From an uncultured Dehalococcoidales bacterium (GTDB lineage: Bacteria > Chloroflexota > Dehalococcoidia > E44-bin15), in assembly GCA_964438305.1 (NCBI GenBank), contig CAYTKL010000002.1:1-34649 (forward strand): a stretch of 34,649 nt of DNA. Direction: 5' to 3'. Position 1 is the first letter of the stretch, and each line of letters begins with the position of its first letter. This document shows, one piece after another, positions 24,519-32,429 of the stretch. The notes under the pieces are model-generated. The model searched no databases. It had not been told where the DNA came from and saw only the letters and a program-made list of their open reading frames with translations. The position numbers and the translations under genes were made by a program.

Positions 24519-27500
24519 ATGAAGTACTCCCTCGGCTTAGATATTGGCTCGGTCAACGCGAAACTGGCCCTCATCGACCAAGACTGTAGCACAGTTAAGC
24601 TTGACACCGAGAAGATTACCTCGAGTCCCAATGCTGCGGTCGCTTCGCTTATTTCGAGGCTGGGCGCGGACGTATCGTTGGAGGACATCGCCACGGCGGG
24701 CGTGTGCGGCTCCGGCAAGGGCGTCATACCCAAGGACCTGAAGTGGGCGGTATACAGCAGCTCGCTCGCGATCGCCTCGGGACTTCTTCGTTCTTACCCG
24801 GACGCCAAGACCATCATCCAGATTGGCGGCCAGACGTCGCTGGTCATAGAGCTGGAGGACGGGCTCAAGAAGCCGTGGAAGGTGGCGTCCAACCCTCTCT
24901 GTGCCGCAGGCACCGGCAGGTTCATCGAGCAGCAGGCGTACCGCATCGGCATCAGCATCGACGAGTTCGCCCAGTTGGCCCTGCAATGCGAGGAGAGCCC
25001 GCCCCGAATAGCGGCCAGGTGCAGCGTCTTCGCCAAGACCGACCTCATCCACCTCCAGCAGAAAGGCGTGCCGATGACGGCCATGCTCTATGCCCTGTGC
25101 GAAAGCATCGCCCGTCTGGTCGTCTCGTTGAAGAAGGGGCCTTTCCATGAGCCGGTCTACTGTGTCGGTGGTGTTGCCGCCAACAGCGCTGTCTTGAAGG
25201 CGCTGACCGAGGCGGTGTCCGCGAGAAACGGCTACAAGGTCAACATAACTGTCCCCGAGGACTACGGCCATATAGAAGCACTGGGTGCGGCCCTGCTGGC
25301 GGCGGACAGCGGGAAGACGTCCACCGTCGTCCCTATTGAGGAACCCGATATAAAGCAGCGCTACTTCGAGACGTCGAGCCTGGACAGGGTGACCCAGCAC
25401 GACGGCTGGGAGCCGCCGACAATCGACGCGCCGTTTACCGGCTACCTCGGGATCGACATCGGCTCCACCAGCACCAAGGCGGTCATACTGGACGAGACAG
25501 GCACGAGGGTGCTGGCCAAGAACTACCTTATGACCGCGGGCCGGCCGGTTGATGCCATCAAGCAGGTCTTCCGCAATCTGCTCCCCCTGGTCGGGGACAA
25601 AGCCACGATAGCCGGCGTGGGCATCACCGGCTCGGGCAGGTACCTGGTGGGTAGCTTCGTCGGGGCCGACCTGATAAAGAATGAGATCACAGCGCAGACC
25701 CGGGCCGCGGCGGAGATAGACCCTGACGCCGACATAATCGAGATTGGCGGCCAGGACTCCAAGCTCGTCATCAAGCGAAACGGTGTTGTCGTCGACTATC
25801 AGATGAACAAGGCATGCGCTGCCGGTACGGGCAGCTTCATCGATGAGCTGGCTGAGCAGCTAGGCGTGCATGTGCAGGACGGCGAGTTCGCCAAACTGGC
25901 GTTCGATGCGCCCCATACCATCGACCTGGGGTCCAGGTGCGCCGCCTTCATGGGACAGGCGGTCGCGTCGGCCCAGCAGGAAGGCGTGCCCATTGAGGTG
26001 ATAACCGCCAGCCTGTCCAACTCGATTGCGGCCAACTACCTGTCGAAGGTCCTGGGCAACAGGAAGCTGGGGGACACGGTGATGCTGACGGGGGCGGTCT
26101 TCTACAACGACGCCGTCGTCTCCGCGTTTCAGCGGGCCCTGGAAGGCAAGGATACCATCGTGCCGCAGCACAAAGAGGTGAGCGGCGCAATAGGGGCGGC
26201 GCTCCTGGCGAAGGAGCAGATGGGTGGAGAGGGCTCCAAGTTCAAGGGCTTCCAGAACGTCATCGACAGCAATCCCAAGATAAGCACCTTCACCTGCAAG
26301 ATATGCGATAACAACTGCACCATAAGCCGCATGGAGATACCGGGCGAGAAGCCTACCTTCTACGGCAGCAGGTGCGACCTCTTCGACAGCACCATCAGCC
26401 GGGAGAAGATGGAGACCGCTTTCGACGAGCGGGAAAGGTTGCTGTTCAAGGACTACACGGAACGGGCGGGCAGCGGGCCTACGGTCGGGATTCCCCGCGC
26501 GCTCATAGTGTACGACTATGCCCCGATGCTTATCGCCTTTCTAAACGCGCTGGGGGTCAACGTCGTCCTCTCCAGCAAGACCACCAAGGCTATCATAGAG
26601 CGAGCCGTTGAGCTGAGCTATAACGACAGTTGTTTCCCCGTCAAGCTGCTGCACGGTCATGCCGAAAGCCTCAAGGATGTTGACTATATTCTCTACCCCA
26701 GCGCCATCCGCATGGGGCTGAAGGAGGGGGACGAGAACCAGAAGTACACCTGCCCCCTGGTGCAGGCATCCCCGTATATCATTCGTCAGGCTCTGGACTT
26801 CGGCAAGGAGCTGCTCATACCGACCATAGACTTCAGCCGCGGGGACAAGCTGACCACAGACAGCCTTGCCGATTGCGCCGTGCAGATGGGGTTCAGCCGC
26901 GCGAAGGGCAAGAAGGCTGCCCGTGCCGGCATTGAGGCGCAGCGACAGTTCGAGGCGGCTGAGGTGGAGGCGGGGCAGAAGCTCCTGCAGCGGCTTCACG
27001 ACAACAACGAGTTGGGCGTTGTGCTCCTGGCCCGGGCGTATATGTCGCAGGATGCCGGGGCCAACCTGGGCATAGCGGAGAAGCTCGCTCAGCTCGGCGT
27101 GGTGCCGGTGCCAATGACTTTCCTGCCGCTGAAGTCGGTGAATGTCTACGAGTACTCGGACCGGCCCTACTGGTACTACGAAGGCAAACACATCGCCGCC
27201 AGCGCTCTCACCGAGCGGGACCCGTCGCTCTACGGACTGATACTGACCAACTTCGGATGCGGCCCCAACTCCTTCATAATCAATATCGTTGAGGACATCA
27301 TGGGCGGTCAGCCTCTGGGTCAACTGGAGATCGACGAGCACGCCGCTGAGGCAGGCATCGTGACCCGCCTCGAGGCCTTCGTCGATACGATAAAGGCGTT
27401 CGCTCGCTCCGGGGCGCAGGCCAAGGGGTGGGACGAGAACGCCTACCGCTCGGCCCCGGTAAGCTTGAGTACGGGCAAGACCATCCTGTTGCCACGGATG

Positions 27501-28670
27501 GCGCCTGGTGCGGAGGCTATGGCGGCGGCGATGGAGGCCTTTGGAGTGAAAGCGGCGGTGCTCCCGCCCTCCACTGAGGAGTCCCTTCTCTACAGCAACA
27601 AGGTGACACGGGGCACGGAGTGCCTGCCCTACCGCGTCACCCTCGGCGATTTCCTCAGGTACTTCCATGAGAACGGGGCCGACACCCTGCAGCAGGTCGA
27701 GGGGTTCATGCCCAGCGCCTTCGGGCCCTGCCGCTTCGGCAAGTATGTGGTGGAGGAGACCAGGATTCTCCGGGAAATGGGCTACGACCTTTCCATCCGC
27801 ACCACCGTGTCCAACAACGCCTATCGTGACATGGGCCTCGGGCGTGCCTTCGAGCGCCTGGCATGGCGCGGCCTCGTCTCCTTCGATTACCTGCAGCGCC
27901 TTCTGTGGCGTACTCGCCCCTACGAGAAGTCCCCCGGCACGGCGGACGCGTTGTTCGACGACTACACCGCCCGCGTTGCCGACCGCATCAGGAAACGGGA
28001 GGACTTCGGCGACGTGCTGCGCGACGCCGTTTCCGCCTTCGGCTCAGCCATCGACCCGGAGAAGCCGAAGCGACCGCTGGTGGCCATCAACGGCGAGATC
28101 TTCCTGCGCTCCAACGAGTTCAGCAACAGCTACTTGGTGAGGGAATGTGAGAAGGCGGGTCTCGAGGTTATCGTCTCGTCCGTCGGGGAATGGGTGAAAT
28201 ACATCCAGCACCGCAATATCGAGGACGGCGTGTGGGACAGGGATGTGAAGAAGGTCCTGTCCGGCGTCATCAGGAGGCGCATACTGAGGACCGATGAGGA
28301 AATGGTGGCCGCCGCCTTCGAGGGCCTGCCTCATATGGGAGAGCCTTCCACTAAGGAGCTGCTGTCCTGCTCCGCCGACCACATCTCTTCAGACTGCGGT
28401 AGCGAGGCCGTCCTCAGCATAGGGTCCGGCGTTGAATGGCTGGAGAATCCCCGCTTCGCCGGGGTCATATCGGTGATGCCGCACGGCTGCATGCCCGGGG
28501 GTATTGTCGCCGCCATGTCAGAGAAGCTCGCCGCCACCCACGGCAAGCCGTGGATCAACCTCACCTATGATGGCTTCATCGAGACGACCAACCTGGAGAG
28601 AATCAACAACTTCGCGGAGATAATACGCTTCTGCAGCGCCGGCGGTGAACTCGCCCTCGCCGCTGTCTAG
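24519..28670 (+). CDS. fused double BcrAD/BadFG-type ATPase (CoA-substrate-specific enzyme activase) plus 2-hydroxyacyl-CoA-dehydratase-like (DUF2229) domains
   Basis: 1383 aa. Two ASKHA ATPase modules (LGLDIGSVNAK..., LGIDIGSTSTK...), each with cluster-Cys motifs (NPLCAAGTGRFIE/ARCSVFA and NKACAAGTGSFID/SRCAAFM). Then a CKICDNNC Cys motif and two dehydratase-like halves (GIPRALIVYDYAP..., CFPVKLLHGH...). Confidence 0.85.
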   Translation: MKYSLGLDIGSVNAKLALIDQDCSTVKLDTEKITSSPNAAVASLISRLGADVSLEDIATAGVCGSGKGVIPKDLKWAVYSSSLAIASGLLRSYPDAKTIIQIGGQTSLVIELEDGLKKPWKVASNPLCAAGTGRFIEQQAYRIGISIDEFAQLALQCEESPPRIAARCSVFAKTDLIHLQQKGVPMTAMLYALCESIARLVVSLKKGPFHEPVYCVGGVAANSAVLKALTEAVSARNGYKVNITVPEDYGHIEALGAALLAADSGKTSTVVPIEEPDIKQRYFETSSLDRVTQHDGWEPPTIDAPFTGYLGIDIGSTSTKAVILDETGTRVLAKNYLMTAGRPVDAIKQVFRNLLPLVGDKATIAGVGITGSGRYLVGSFVGADLIKNEITAQTRAAAEIDPDADIIEIGGQDSKLVIKRNGVVVDYQMNKACAAGTGSFIDELAEQLGVHVQDGEFAKLAFDAPHTIDLGSRCAAFMGQAVASAQQEGVPIEVITASLSNSIAANYLSKVLGNRKLGDTVMLTGAVFYNDAVVSAFQRALEGKDTIVPQHKEVSGAIGAALLAKEQMGGEGSKFKGFQNVIDSNPKISTFTCKICDNNCTISRMEIPGEKPTFYGSRCDLFDSTISREKMETAFDERERLLFKDYTERAGSGPTVGIPRALIVYDYAPMLIAFLNALGVNVVLSSKTTKAIIERAVELSYNDSCFPVKLLHGHAESLKDVDYILYPSAIRMGLKEGDENQKYTCPLVQASPYIIRQALDFGKELLIPTIDFSRGDKLTTDSLADCAVQMGFSRAKGKKAARAGIEAQRQFEAAEVEAGQKLLQRLHDNNELGVVLLARAYMSQDAGANLGIAEKLAQLGVVPVPMTFLPLKSVNVYEYSDRPYWYYEGKHIAASALTERDPSLYGLILTNFGCGPNSFIINIVEDIMGGQPLGQLEIDEHAAEAGIVTRLEAFVDTIKAFARSGAQAKGWDENAYRSAPVSLSTGKTILLPRMAPGAEAMAAAMEAFGVKAAVLPPSTEESLLYSNKVTRGTECLPYRVTLGDFLRYFHENGADTLQQVEGFMPSAFGPCRFGKYVVEETRILREMGYDLSIRTTVSNNAYRDMGLGRAFERLAWRGLVSFDYLQRLLWRTRPYEKSPGTADALFDDYTARVADRIRKREDFGDVLRDAVSAFGSAIDPEKPKRPLVAINGEIFLRSNEFSNSYLVRECEKAGLEVIVSSVGEWVKYIQHRNIEDGVWDRDVKKVLSGVIRRRILRTDEEMVAAAFEGLPHMGEPSTKELLSCSADHISSDCGSEAVLSIGSGVEWLENPRFAGVISVMPHGCMPGGIVAAMSEKLAATHGKPWINLTYDGFIETTNLERINNFAEIIRFCSAGGELALAAV

Positions 28671-28673
28671 GCT

Positions 28674-29420
28674 CTAGTACTCCCGCGACACTCCCTGGGC
28701 CGGGTGGCCCACCACGCTCATGTAGACCACGCTTTCCTCGACCCCATCCACGCCCAGTATCCGGTTCACTTCATCATCGAACAGGGCCCCGACCTGGCAA
28801 CTGCCCAGCCCTATGCTGACCGCGGAGAGCGCCAGGCCGTGTCCCACGTGGCCGGCGTCGAGGTACACGTAGCGGTACGCCCGCTGGCTGTACTTCCATT
28901 TGGAGCGGTTGAAGATGGCCGTCCACACGAACACCACCGCGGCGTCGGCGCATATCCGCTGCCCCAGCGCCGCCCGGGTGATATCCTGCCCCAGGTCCCC
29001 CGTGCGCAGCTCCTCCAGGGCGTGCTCTCGAATGGCGTAGTGATAGGCGCCGGGCGGCACCCCCTCCACGTCATGGACAATCACGTAGGTCTCCACCGGA
29101 TAGAGGGCGCCCGCCGACGGGACGGTGCGGAACTCATGCCCGCGCTCCATGCTCCGGATGCCGTTTGACGCCCACAGCAGGTACGACAACTGCTCCAGGC
29201 TGATGGGCTTTCCGGCGAAAGAGCGAACGCTCCTGCGCCGCCGTATGGCCTCGTCCAGACTCATGTGTGAGCCCTCCGGAGGGGTGGGCAGCTCTATCCT
29301 GTTGCCGCCGGGGTACTCCTTGTACGGTTCGGGAAGCGCCATCCGCTCGCTTCCCGCCACCGCCCTGTCGCGATAGTACTTGGTGTCCTGCTGAAATGCG
29401 TCGCCCACTCCGTTGGCCAT
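28674..29420 (-). CDS. SagB/ThcOx-family nitroreductase-fold dehydrogenase
   Basis: RRRRSVRSFAGKPISLEQLSYLLWASNG...VPSAGALYPVETYV...AYRYVYLDAGHVGHGLALSA is the SagB-type pattern. GGAGGAGG RBS precedes ATG 29420; the track start 29498 is rejected. Confidence 0.8.
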   Translation of the reverse strand: MANGVGDAFQQDTKYYRDRAVAGSERMALPEPYKEYPGGNRIELPTPPEGSHMSLDEAIRRRRSVRSFAGKPISLEQLSYLLWASNGIRSMERGHEFRTVPSAGALYPVETYVIVHDVEGVPPGAYHYAIREHALEELRTGDLGQDITRAALGQRICADAAVVFVWTAIFNRSKWKYSQRAYRYVYLDAGHVGHGLALSAVSIGLGSCQVGALFDDEVNRILGVDGVEESVVYMSVVGHPAQGVSREY

Positions 29421-29518
29421 GTGCAACCTCCTCCGACCGCTGGCCAATTGTACCCCAATCGGGCACGGGAGTGATACCGAGTGCCGTTTGGCGCGCACGC
29501 ACGGCTGCCACCGCTTCG

Positions 29519-29543
29519 GTAGGGGCGTTCAATTGAACGCCCC
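29519..29543. repeat. perfect 22-bp palindrome GGGGCGTTCAATTGAACGCCCC (plus GTA flank), left copy
   Basis: Identical palindrome at 31271-31292. The flanking GTA/TAC extends the pair into a 25-bp inverted repeat. Confidence 0.9.
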
Positions 29544-29586
29544 CGCAAACGCTGGTGCTGCGGTGCCGCAGCAATGTGTATGGCCG

Positions 29587-29615
29587 TTGACAGGGTCGGC
29601 CATTCCTGCTACAAT
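29587..29615 (+). promoter_or_regulatory. sigma70 promoter (TTGACA-N17-TGcTACAAT) of the arsR-family gene
   Basis: Consensus -35 and extended -10, 44 nt upstream of ATG 29659. Confidence 0.65.
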
Positions 29616-29625
29616 GATGATAGAT

Positions 29626-29639
29626 TTAGCGATTACGCA
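29626..29639 (+). promoter_or_regulatory. 14-nt motif TTAGCGATTACGCA, copy 1 (candidate operator at about +5 of the promoter)
   Basis: Exact second copy at 30048-30061, upstream of the permease. Confidence 0.4.
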
Positions 29640-29658
29640 ACTATTAAATGATGGTGCC

Positions 29659-30018
29659 ATGGCAAGCGAACAGGACAGGTGTGAGGTACACGTGATACAC
29701 CCGGAGAAGGTGGCCGAGGCAAGGCGACGCCTGCTCGACGACAGGGCCTATGCCAGCCTGGCGGAGACCTTCGGTGCGCTGGCGGACTCCAACCGCGCCA
29801 AGATCGTCTACAGCCTTCTGGAGCAGGAGCTTTGCGTGTGCGATATCGCCGCTGTTGTCGGCATATCCGAGTCGGCGGTCTCCCAGCACCTGCGAATCCT
29901 GCGCAACCTGAGACTGGTGAAGCAGCGCAAGGAAGGCCGCATGATGTACTACTCGCTCGACGACGACCACATCCACAAGCTCCTCGACGTGTGCCTGGAG
30001 CACGTCGGCCACGACTAG
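29659..30018 (+). CDS. ArsR/SmtB-family metal-sensing transcriptional repressor
   Basis: ELCVCDIAAVVGISESAVSQHLRILR wHTH with the alpha3 C-V-C site. C-terminal DDH-x10-H-x2-H is an alpha5-like site. ATG 29659 lies downstream of the mapped promoter, so the track start 29413 is rejected. Confidence 0.88.
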   Translation: MASEQDRCEVHVIHPEKVAEARRRLLDDRAYASLAETFGALADSNRAKIVYSLLEQELCVCDIAAVVGISESAVSQHLRILRNLRLVKQRKEGRMMYYSLDDDHIHKLLDVCLEHVGHD

Positions 30019-30047
30019 GGGGCCTCTTTTCTTGTTGCCACAATACC

Positions 30048-30061
30048 TTAGCGATTACGCA
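30048..30061 (+). promoter_or_regulatory. 14-nt motif TTAGCGATTACGCA, copy 2
   Basis: Exact repeat of 29626-29639, immediately followed by AGGAG. Confidence 0.4.
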
Positions 30062-30191
30062 GGAGATGAATCATGTTCACGACAGGCGGTGAGATGAGTC
30101 ACACCGTCGTGCGCGGGGGATTGCCGCTCGAGCAGGCCAGAGCGCGCCGTGGCCCCTTCACCTTCCGCACCCGTGAGCAGGCACCGGGACA

Positions 30192-31139
30192 ATGCTGATT
30201 GCGATACTTGAGAGCTTCTGGCGGTTCCTACTGGAGGCGGCGCCATGGCTGCTGCTGGGCTTCCTCTTCGCCGGCCTGATGAGCACCTTCATCCCGTCAC
30301 AGGTCATACTCCGCTACGTGGGGAGGGGCAACGTCAGGTCCATACTCGCTGCGACCTTGATAGGCATCCCCCTGCCCCTGTGCTCCTGCGGCGTCATCCC
30401 GACGGGCATAGCCCTGCACCGGCAGGGGGCGTCTCGGGCCGCCACCATAGCCTTTCTCGTCGCCACGCCGGCGACCACTATTACCGCCATCATCATCACC
30501 GTGGCCATGCTCGGCTGGCGCTTCACCGTCCTCTACGTTGCCGCTGCAGTGGCGGTGGCCATCATCACCGGGCTGGCGGCCCTTGTCCTTCTACGGGAGG
30601 GGCCGCGGCAGGCCGTTGCGAACACGGCTGCGTGCGGGTGTGTGGAGGGGAGCGATTGCTGTGAGTCGGCGGCGCCCGGCTGCACCTGCGGCAGCCAGTG
30701 GGCCTGTGGGGTGCACGGGTTCTGGGAGCGCGTGAGGGCGACCTTCCGCTACGGCTTCGTTGACATGGTGGGGGACATCGGTCACTGGATCGTCATCGGT
30801 CTGGCGGCGGCGGCCGTGCTGACCGCCCTCATTCCGCAGCACGTCATCGGCGAGTACCTCGGCGGTGGCCTGCTGTCACTGGTGATAGTGGCGCTGGTGG
30901 CCGCGCCCTCGTATGTCTGTTCCACCGCCACGGTCCCCTTCGTCGCCGCCATGGTGGCCGGCGGGATGGATCCCAGCGCCGGCCTGGTCTTCCTCATCCT
31001 GGGACCGGCGACGAACCTGTCCACTATTCTCGTCGTTGGCAGGTCCATGGGCAAAGGGGCCGTTGCCCTCTACCTCGGCTGCGTACTGGTGCTGTCCGTC
31101 GGCGTGGCGTACGTCTTCGATGCGGGGGGTCTGCTATGA
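30192..31139 (+). CDS. DUF318/COG0701 permease (ArsP / SO_0444-type metal(loid) efflux permease) with Cys-rich loop
   Basis: GIPLPLCSCGVIPTG signature, about 8 TM helices, and a central loop CGCVEGSDCCESAAPGCTCGSQWACGVHG. Downstream of the arsR-family gene. Confidence 0.8.
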   Translation: MLIAILESFWRFLLEAAPWLLLGFLFAGLMSTFIPSQVILRYVGRGNVRSILAATLIGIPLPLCSCGVIPTGIALHRQGASRAATIAFLVATPATTITAIIITVAMLGWRFTVLYVAAAVAVAIITGLAALVLLREGPRQAVANTAACGCVEGSDCCESAAPGCTCGSQWACGVHGFWERVRATFRYGFVDMVGDIGHWIVIGLAAAAVLTALIPQHVIGEYLGGGLLSLVIVALVAAPSYVCSTATVPFVAAMVAGGMDPSAGLVFLILGPATNLSTILVVGRSMGKGAVALYLGCVLVLSVGVAYVFDAGGLL

Positions 31140-31228
31140 TACAGACGATATGTGCTGTCATCCTGCTTGCGCTGATCGCGTATGCGCAGGGAAGGAAGCT
31201 GAGGGACAGGTGGAGGGCGAGGCGCTGA
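31136..31228 (+). CDS. 30-codon small membrane peptide ORF, ATGA-coupled to the permease
   Basis: My translation is MIQTICAVILLALIAYAQGRKLRDRWRARR, one TM helix plus a basic tail. Its start overlaps the permease stop. Below the ORF-track length cutoff. Confidence 0.35.
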   Translation: MIQTICAVILLALIAYAQGRKLRDRWRARR

Positions 31229-31270
31229 CCGTCGCGGCATGTCCCCAGTGAGAACGATGGATATCACGAA

Positions 31271-31295
31271 GGGGCGTTCAATTGAACGCCCCTAC
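31271..31295. repeat. perfect 22-bp palindrome GGGGCGTTCAATTGAACGCCCC (plus TAC flank), right copy
   Basis: Identical to 29522-29543. Lies between the convergent permease operon and the DAHP synthase, so it may also act as a bidirectional terminator hairpin. Confidence 0.9.
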
Positions 31296-31324
31296 AGTGT
31301 CAGGACGATGACCGCGGACTTGCT

Positions 31325-32233
31325 TCATACTGGCGATGGCGAACAGGTGGTGCGGCCCAGGGCGTGGGCCACCGCGGCGAGCTGCTGCATCAGTTGCGCG
31401 AACTCGGCGGTGGATATGGTCTGGGCGGCATCGCTGATCGAGTCCTGCGGTGAGTAGTGCGTCTCTACCATGAGGCCGTCGGCGCCGCAGGCGATTGCCG
31501 CCAGGCTCATAGCCGGCACCAGACGCGCGTTGCCGGTGCCGTGGCTCGGGTCGACGATGACCGGCAGGTGGGTCTTGGTCTTCAGATAGGGGACGGCGTT
31601 GAGGTCCAGAGTGAAGCGCAGCTCGTTGGTCGGGCCGCGGATACCGCGCTCGCACAGAATGACCTGCTCGTTGCCCTGGGCCATGATGTACTCCGCCGCC
31701 ATGAGGAACTCCTTGTAGCTCGCCGCCAGACCGCGCTTGAGCAGCACCGGCCTGGACGACCTCCCAACCTCGTTGAGCAGGGGGTAGTTCTGCATGTTTC
31801 GCGACCCTATCTGCAGGCAATCGGCGTACTCGGCCACCAGCTCGGCGTCTCGGGGGTCGAGGACCTCGGTGACCACCTTGAGGCCGGTCTCACGCGAAGC
31901 GGCGCGAAGGTGCTCCAGCCCGGCCTTGCCCAGCCCCTGGAAATCGTAGGGAGACGTTCTCGGCTTGAAGGCGCCGCCGCGAAGCAGTGCAGCCCCCGCC
32001 GCCTTGACTTCCCAGGCGATGCGCAGCATCTGCTCGGCGCTCTCAACTGAGCACGGTCCGGCCATCACCACCACCTCGGTGTGGCCCACCTCGATCCCGT
32101 CTATGTCGACCACTGTGCCCTGCGGCCTGTAGTCGCGGCCTGTCAGGTGGCATGGCGGTGCCTGATTGGTGGCGGCGAGCGTGGTGGTTGCCGCCCTTTC
32201 GCTACTGGTGCTTTGGCCTGTGTCGGTCTTCAT
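31325..32233 (-). CDS. aroF: 3-deoxy-7-phosphoheptulonate (DAHP) synthase, type I-beta
   Basis: [11 protein letters not shown]...[20 protein letters not shown]...[10 protein letters not shown]...[11 protein letters not shown]...GLMVETH motifs of the KDO8PS-like DAHP synthase family. Confidence 0.9.
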   Translation of the reverse strand: MKTDTGQSTSSERAATTTLAATNQAPPCHLTGRDYRPQGTVVDIDGIEVGHTEVVVMAGPCSVESAEQMLRIAWEVKAAGAALLRGGAFKPRTSPYDFQGLGKAGLEHLRAASRETGLKVVTEVLDPRDAELVAEYADCLQIGSRNMQNYPLLNEVGRSSRPVLLKRGLAASYKEFLMAAEYIMAQGNEQVILCERGIRGPTNELRFTLDLNAVPYLKTKTHLPVIVDPSHGTGNARLVPAMSLAAIACGADGLMVETHYSPQDSISDAAQTISTAEFAQLMQQLAAVAHALGRTTCSPSPV

Positions 32234-32264
32234 GATTCTAACCCCCCGAGATGTACATATACAG

Positions 32265-32291
32265 AAAGCCCTCCCGGCCTGGGAGGGCTTT
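32265..32291 (-). terminator. attenuator terminator in the aroF leader
   Basis: The minus strand reads AAAGCCCTCCC-aggcc-GGGAGGGCTTTCTGT, 31 nt upstream of the aroF ATG. Confidence 0.65.
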
Positions 32292-32327
32292 GTCCGTTGC
32301 CCGAAACACTGTGAATGCTGACTGTCT

Positions 32328-32411
32328 TTAGGTCAATACCCTCCCGGGCCCGCGCGTCGGCGTGCTAAACCAGAACCAGTAATAGTAGCGGGCAACCGTT
32401 TGGGTACTCAT
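32328..32411 (-). CDS. aromatic-amino-acid leader peptide (27 aa) [27 protein letters not shown]
   Basis: My translation of the minus strand, with ATG at 32411 and TAA at 32330-32328. Seven consecutive aromatic codons (Tyr3, Trp2, Phe2) at 32387-32367. Sits between a consensus promoter and a terminator, upstream of DAHP synthase. Confidence 0.7.
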   Translation of the reverse strand: MSTQTVARYYYWFWFSTPTRGPGRVLT

Positions 32412-32429
32412 TGCAACTCTCAGCCTGGA

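Noticed and set aside
28668-28676. Convergent stop codons only 3 nt apart (activase TAG 28668-28670 and SagB TAG complement 28674-28676) with no terminator between them.
   Set aside because: The observation is real, but tight convergent packing is common in compact genomes. Without transcript data it has no interpretable consequence.
28674-29420. SagB-type dehydrogenase considered as a marker of a thiazole/oxazole RiPP (TOMM) cluster.
   Set aside because: - No YcaO or cyclodehydratase, E1-like partner, precursor peptide or ABC exporter lies nearby.
- The neighbours are an activase fusion and an arsR cassette.
- Stand-alone SagB/ThcOx-family nitroreductases are common.
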